From contig ML996687.1 in NCBI GenBank assembly GCA_010356995.1, forward strand, positions 993,803 through 1,057,802: a DNA stretch of 64,000 nt, given 5' to 3'. The position numbers and the translations under genes are program-made. This stretch comes from Trichodelitschia bisporula. Taxonomy: Eukaryota. This document shows, one piece after another, positions 60,825 to 64,000 of this stretch. The notes beneath the pieces were generated by a model. The model did no database searches, had not been told where the DNA came from, and saw nothing but the letters and a program-made list of their open reading frames with translations. Every line of letters starts with the position of its first letter. Within the stretch, counting starts at the first letter, position 1.

Positions 60825-62543
60825 CTAGTTCTTATCGAACCTGACGGCAGGCTGCTCCTCCACAAACTTCAGATCCACCTTATGGCCGAGCAACTCACGA
60901 ATATTGCTAACCTTGTACCGGATCATCGTGGGCCGTTCCAGACTCAGACCGAAACCATACACACGCATGTTGGGAGGCAGGCCCATGGGCTCTAGCATCT
61001 CTGGCCGGAACATCCCACTGTTGCCAATTTCAACCCATTTCCCAAGGCCAATGTGGTAACCGAAGATCTCCATGCTCGGTTCGGTGTAGGGATTGTATGC
61101 TGGCTTGAAGCGGAGGTCTTCGATGCCCAGCTTGCTAAAGAAGTCTTCAAGGAACTTCATCAGCCCGCCCAGCGTCAGTCCGAAATCGGCGATGACGCCC
61201 TCGACTTGGTGGAATTCGGCCAAGTGGGTGGCGTCAACACTCTCGTTGCGGAAGACACGATCGATCGAGAAGTAGCGCGCCGGACGCGGGTCTTCGGCCA
61301 AGCGGTGTAATACCCATGTGGATATAGCAGTTGTGTGCGTGCGTAGCACTAGCCTCAGACACTCGTCCTCACTCCAGTTGTACCGATAACCAATTGAGCC
61401 AAAGGCACCCTTCTCGTGGACTGCACGAACCCCATCCCAGTACTCTTGGTAGTTGCGCGGCTTGGTGGGGCGGGGTGTGGGTTCAGCGAACAGCTTCCGG
61501 GAACTCTCTTCCATGGCGGCCATCGCCTCTTCAGCATGTGGATCTGGGCGCGGGCGGTCCGCTCGAGGAGGATCTGAAATGAAGAAGGTGTCCTGCATAT
61601 CACGGGCTGGATGTTGCTGGGGAACGAAGAGAGCGTCGAAGTTCCAGAAACCAGAGTCAACGAAGCTACGACCCTGCGTTAGCGGTTCTCAGCTCTGCAC
61701 GAAGTTTGGAGGACGCACTGGTTCGTGGGCATCTCGACGAAGCCCTGGTTGAAGAAGATATTTCGGAACTCTGCGCGAACCTTGTTCAGTGGATGCAGAG
61801 CTCCAGGATTTTGCCCTCCACCCAGTGCCTTGAAGTTGTATGGCTTGAAGTTAGCCGTCTGCCAGGCACCGCTCGCAAGCATGTCGGCCGTGATGTCGGT
61901 AACCTCCACAGGGATCTCCCGCGCGTACTTCGGGCCCTTGCGCGCGACATAGCTGATGACTTTGCCGACTGTGACAAGCTTGCGCTTTTTAAGATCCGCG
62001 AGCGTCTTAGCATCCGGCGTGGCCTTCGACTCTTGAATCTGTGCGAGCAGCTCCCGAGCAGTATCCTGAACACTTTCCACGACCGATACTAAAAATTCAC
62101 CCTCCTTTTTGATCCATTTATTCCGCATGGCTTTGCCCTGGCCGACACCGGCTGATTCGCCAACTTCATTCTACGCGCAGTCAGTTATCTGCCGCTATGC
62201 GAGCAAAAGAACTTCATACCCCCAACTCCTTCATCGGCAGGCGCCCTTTGCTCTTCACAGCCTCCCAGACTTTGAATTCGTGGCTCCCGGACGCAGCAAT
62301 GAGGGCTCCCTCCTTAGTCAAGAGGACGCGCTCAGATTCTTTGGTATCGTACTCCACCATGGCACGCGACGCCAGCCGATCCAGAGCTGCCTTAACATCT
62401 TGTTGTTGGACCCCGGGAAGCGCTTCATCAGTTTTGATTTCCGGAGTGCTGGAGAGGAGATCGAGGACCTTTTGCGTTGTCGAGGCCGTATCTGCGACGG
62501 GCAGTGGGGGAGGAACCGGGGCAGGCCCGCGCGTGCCAGGCAT
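60825..62543 (-). CDS. FRS2: Phenylalanyl-tRNA synthetase alpha subunit (2 introns)
   Basis: [78 protein letters not shown]. Confidence 0.97.
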
Positions 62544-62701
62544 TGTGGTGTGCGGGAACAGGTGAACCTGTTACAATTCTAATCCCGATTTGCTCACTTG
62601 AGGAATAATTGTTGGGCGGAGCGGGGGAAGTCTGACGCTAAGTTGGGGTAGAGTTCGAACGAGCTTCAGTGACTCTGTGGGTTCGTGGAGCTTTTTGGGG
62701 G

Positions 62702-62708
62702 TGAGTCA
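62702..62708. promoter_or_regulatory. Gcn4/CpcA site TGAGTCA upstream of PheRS alpha
   Basis: Exact consensus about 160 bp upstream of the ATG; extra TGACTC at 62670-62675. Confidence 0.6.
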
Positions 62709-63030
62709 GCCCGCACGCACGGGCGCCGGCGGGGTAATATGGGCAGGAACGAGGCTTGACTAGCCTTGCCGCACATAGGGCTGAATGCGCCACAACATCA
62801 TTTTGAAGCTCGTTTCTATTGGAGTTCAGGAAGCAAACGTCAGAGATGGCTCTCGTACCCGTTCTGTAGTAACAAGTAAAAACACCCGACAGGAAATATC
62901 ACATCTATGATGTGAGTTTCATGGTCGAGCTTTACATCTACCGAACCATGCAAAATCAAAAGTGATATAGAACACCGTTGAACCACTTGTGTTTGCCTGC
63001 ACGTGCATCGGAGTGCCCACACAGCATTGC

Positions 63031-64000
63031 CTACATCGCACCCGCTTCTTGCTGCGACTGCTTCCACTTCTGTGCCATAGCCAGCAGGTTCGAAAGCTTG
63101 GCCTCCCGCTCGTCGTCGGCAGGGAATAACCAATCCATGTACTCCTCGAAAGTATCGTCGTCCAGCTTCCTCCGCTTCTTTACACGGCTGGGCATCTGCT
63201 TTTCCACCTTTGCCAGATCTGCGGCTGTTCCGTGAGTAGTCTCGAACGACTTCCACGCATTGAGAAGAACCACACGCTGTTCATGGGTTAAACGTAGTCC
63301 ATATGCAAAGGTTTGAAGGGGGCTCACCTCTTCTTTGAGTTCCTGTTCTTTCATGACTTTGTAAGCCCTTTCGAAGACAGCCCTTGCACGCTTTTTGGCA
63401 TCATTGCTAATGGGCTTCTCCTCATCCTCGTTCTCGTCTTCCTCTTCGCCTTCGTCCGGAACGTTGATCTCAAAATGAGCGTAAGATATCCAGACCTTGA
63501 CATGAGATGTCTTCTGTAACAGCCGCTCGTACAGCTGCCGAGCGCGGTCGTATTCTTGTTGCTCAGTCTCAAAGTCGATGAACTCCTTCCAGACAAGTTC
63601 GGGCATGTCGAGCATTTCCTGATCAATGGCAAGCTCGAAGATAGCGCGAGTGCGATCGGAATCGTCGAGACCGCGTTCTAGTTCGGCAAAAGCCTTCCAG
63701 GCTTCCGCATTTGCAGGGTTCCAGCTGACGTACTTTTCATAGAGCTTCCGACACCTGTCAAATTCGTAGAGCTTGATCTCAAGCTCAATGTACCCTTTGT
63801 ACAGCTTGTCCTTCGGGCACATGCCAATAGCCTGACCAAGGGTTTTCCGAGCTGCCTGGAGTTGCATTTGACGTATCTCGAATCGCGCCTTGTTCAGCCA
63901 AACCTTAGCGAAAGTGAATTTCTTGTGAGGTATGAGCTTGATGCACTCTTGGTAGATCTGAGCCACCCGGTCCATGTCCCGAGGGGTCGTCTCCTCCCAG
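63031..64000 (-). CDS. CLF1: Crooked-neck/Clf1 (Syf3) NTC splicing factor, 3' part only (1 intron seen)
   Basis: [70 protein letters not shown]. Confidence 0.94.
   Translation of the reverse strand, partial: WEETTPRDMDRVAQIYQECIKLIPHKKFTFAKVWLNKARFEIRQMQLQAARKTLGQAIGMCPKDKLYKGYIELEIKLYEFDRCRKLYEKYVSWNPANAEAWKAFAELERGLDDSDRTRAIFELAIDQEMLDMPELVWKEFIDFETEQQEYDRARQLYERLLQKTSHVKVWISYAHFEINVPDEGEEEDENEDEEKPISNDAKKRARAVFERAYKVMKEQELKEEVSPLQTFAYGLRLTHEQRVVLLNAWKSFETTHGTAADLAKVEKQMPSRVKKRRKLDDDTFEEYMDWLFPADDEREAKLSNLLAMAQKWKQSQQEAGAM

Noticed and set aside
137..63632. Numerous antisense and alternate-frame ORFs in the six-frame track (e.g. 8877-9572, 42197-43033, 52977-53687)
   Set aside because: Shadows of codon-biased real genes, with no recognisable protein features.
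1..64000. Self-resistance gene island (ThrRS, LysRS, PheRS and proteasome subunits are natural-product targets)
   Set aside because: No PKS, NRPS, tailoring enzyme or efflux gene is present, and the genes look like ordinary conserved orthologues.

Overview
Eukaryotic, intron-containing DNA from a filamentous ascomycete (Pezizomycotina-type GTRNGT / CTRAC / YAG introns, mostly about 45-60 nt; lineage not determinable here). I can support 27 protein-coding genes, two truncated by the window edges. I see no transposon ORF, rRNA, tRNA or CRISPR array. The striking feature is gene content: 22 of the 27 are orthologues of genes essential in S. cerevisiae, and SAM synthetase is an essential function as well. 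They are strongly biased toward tRNA supply and translation. There are six class II aminoacyl-tRNA synthetase genes (ThrRS, SerRS, LysRS, AsnRS, PheRS alpha and beta), eIF2 alpha, eIF2 gamma, eIF2B delta and eRF3, plus Pol III C160, C53, Rpb5 and Brf1. TFIIA, three spliceosome factors, two proteasome subunits and two trafficking genes complete the set. Perfect Gcn4/CpcA sites (TGASTCA) lie upstream of five of these genes. Non-coding highlights: a ~100-bp hairpin enclosing the Gcn4 site upstream of eIF2 alpha, an inverted pair of B-box-like motifs upstream of BRF1, and a ~250-nt structured-RNA candidate between SerRS and PheRS alpha. Splicing is also unusual (many AAG acceptors, one GAG acceptor, one GC donor, micro-exons). 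Gene calls come from recognising motifs by eye; exon boundaries were traced by hand and no database searches were run.
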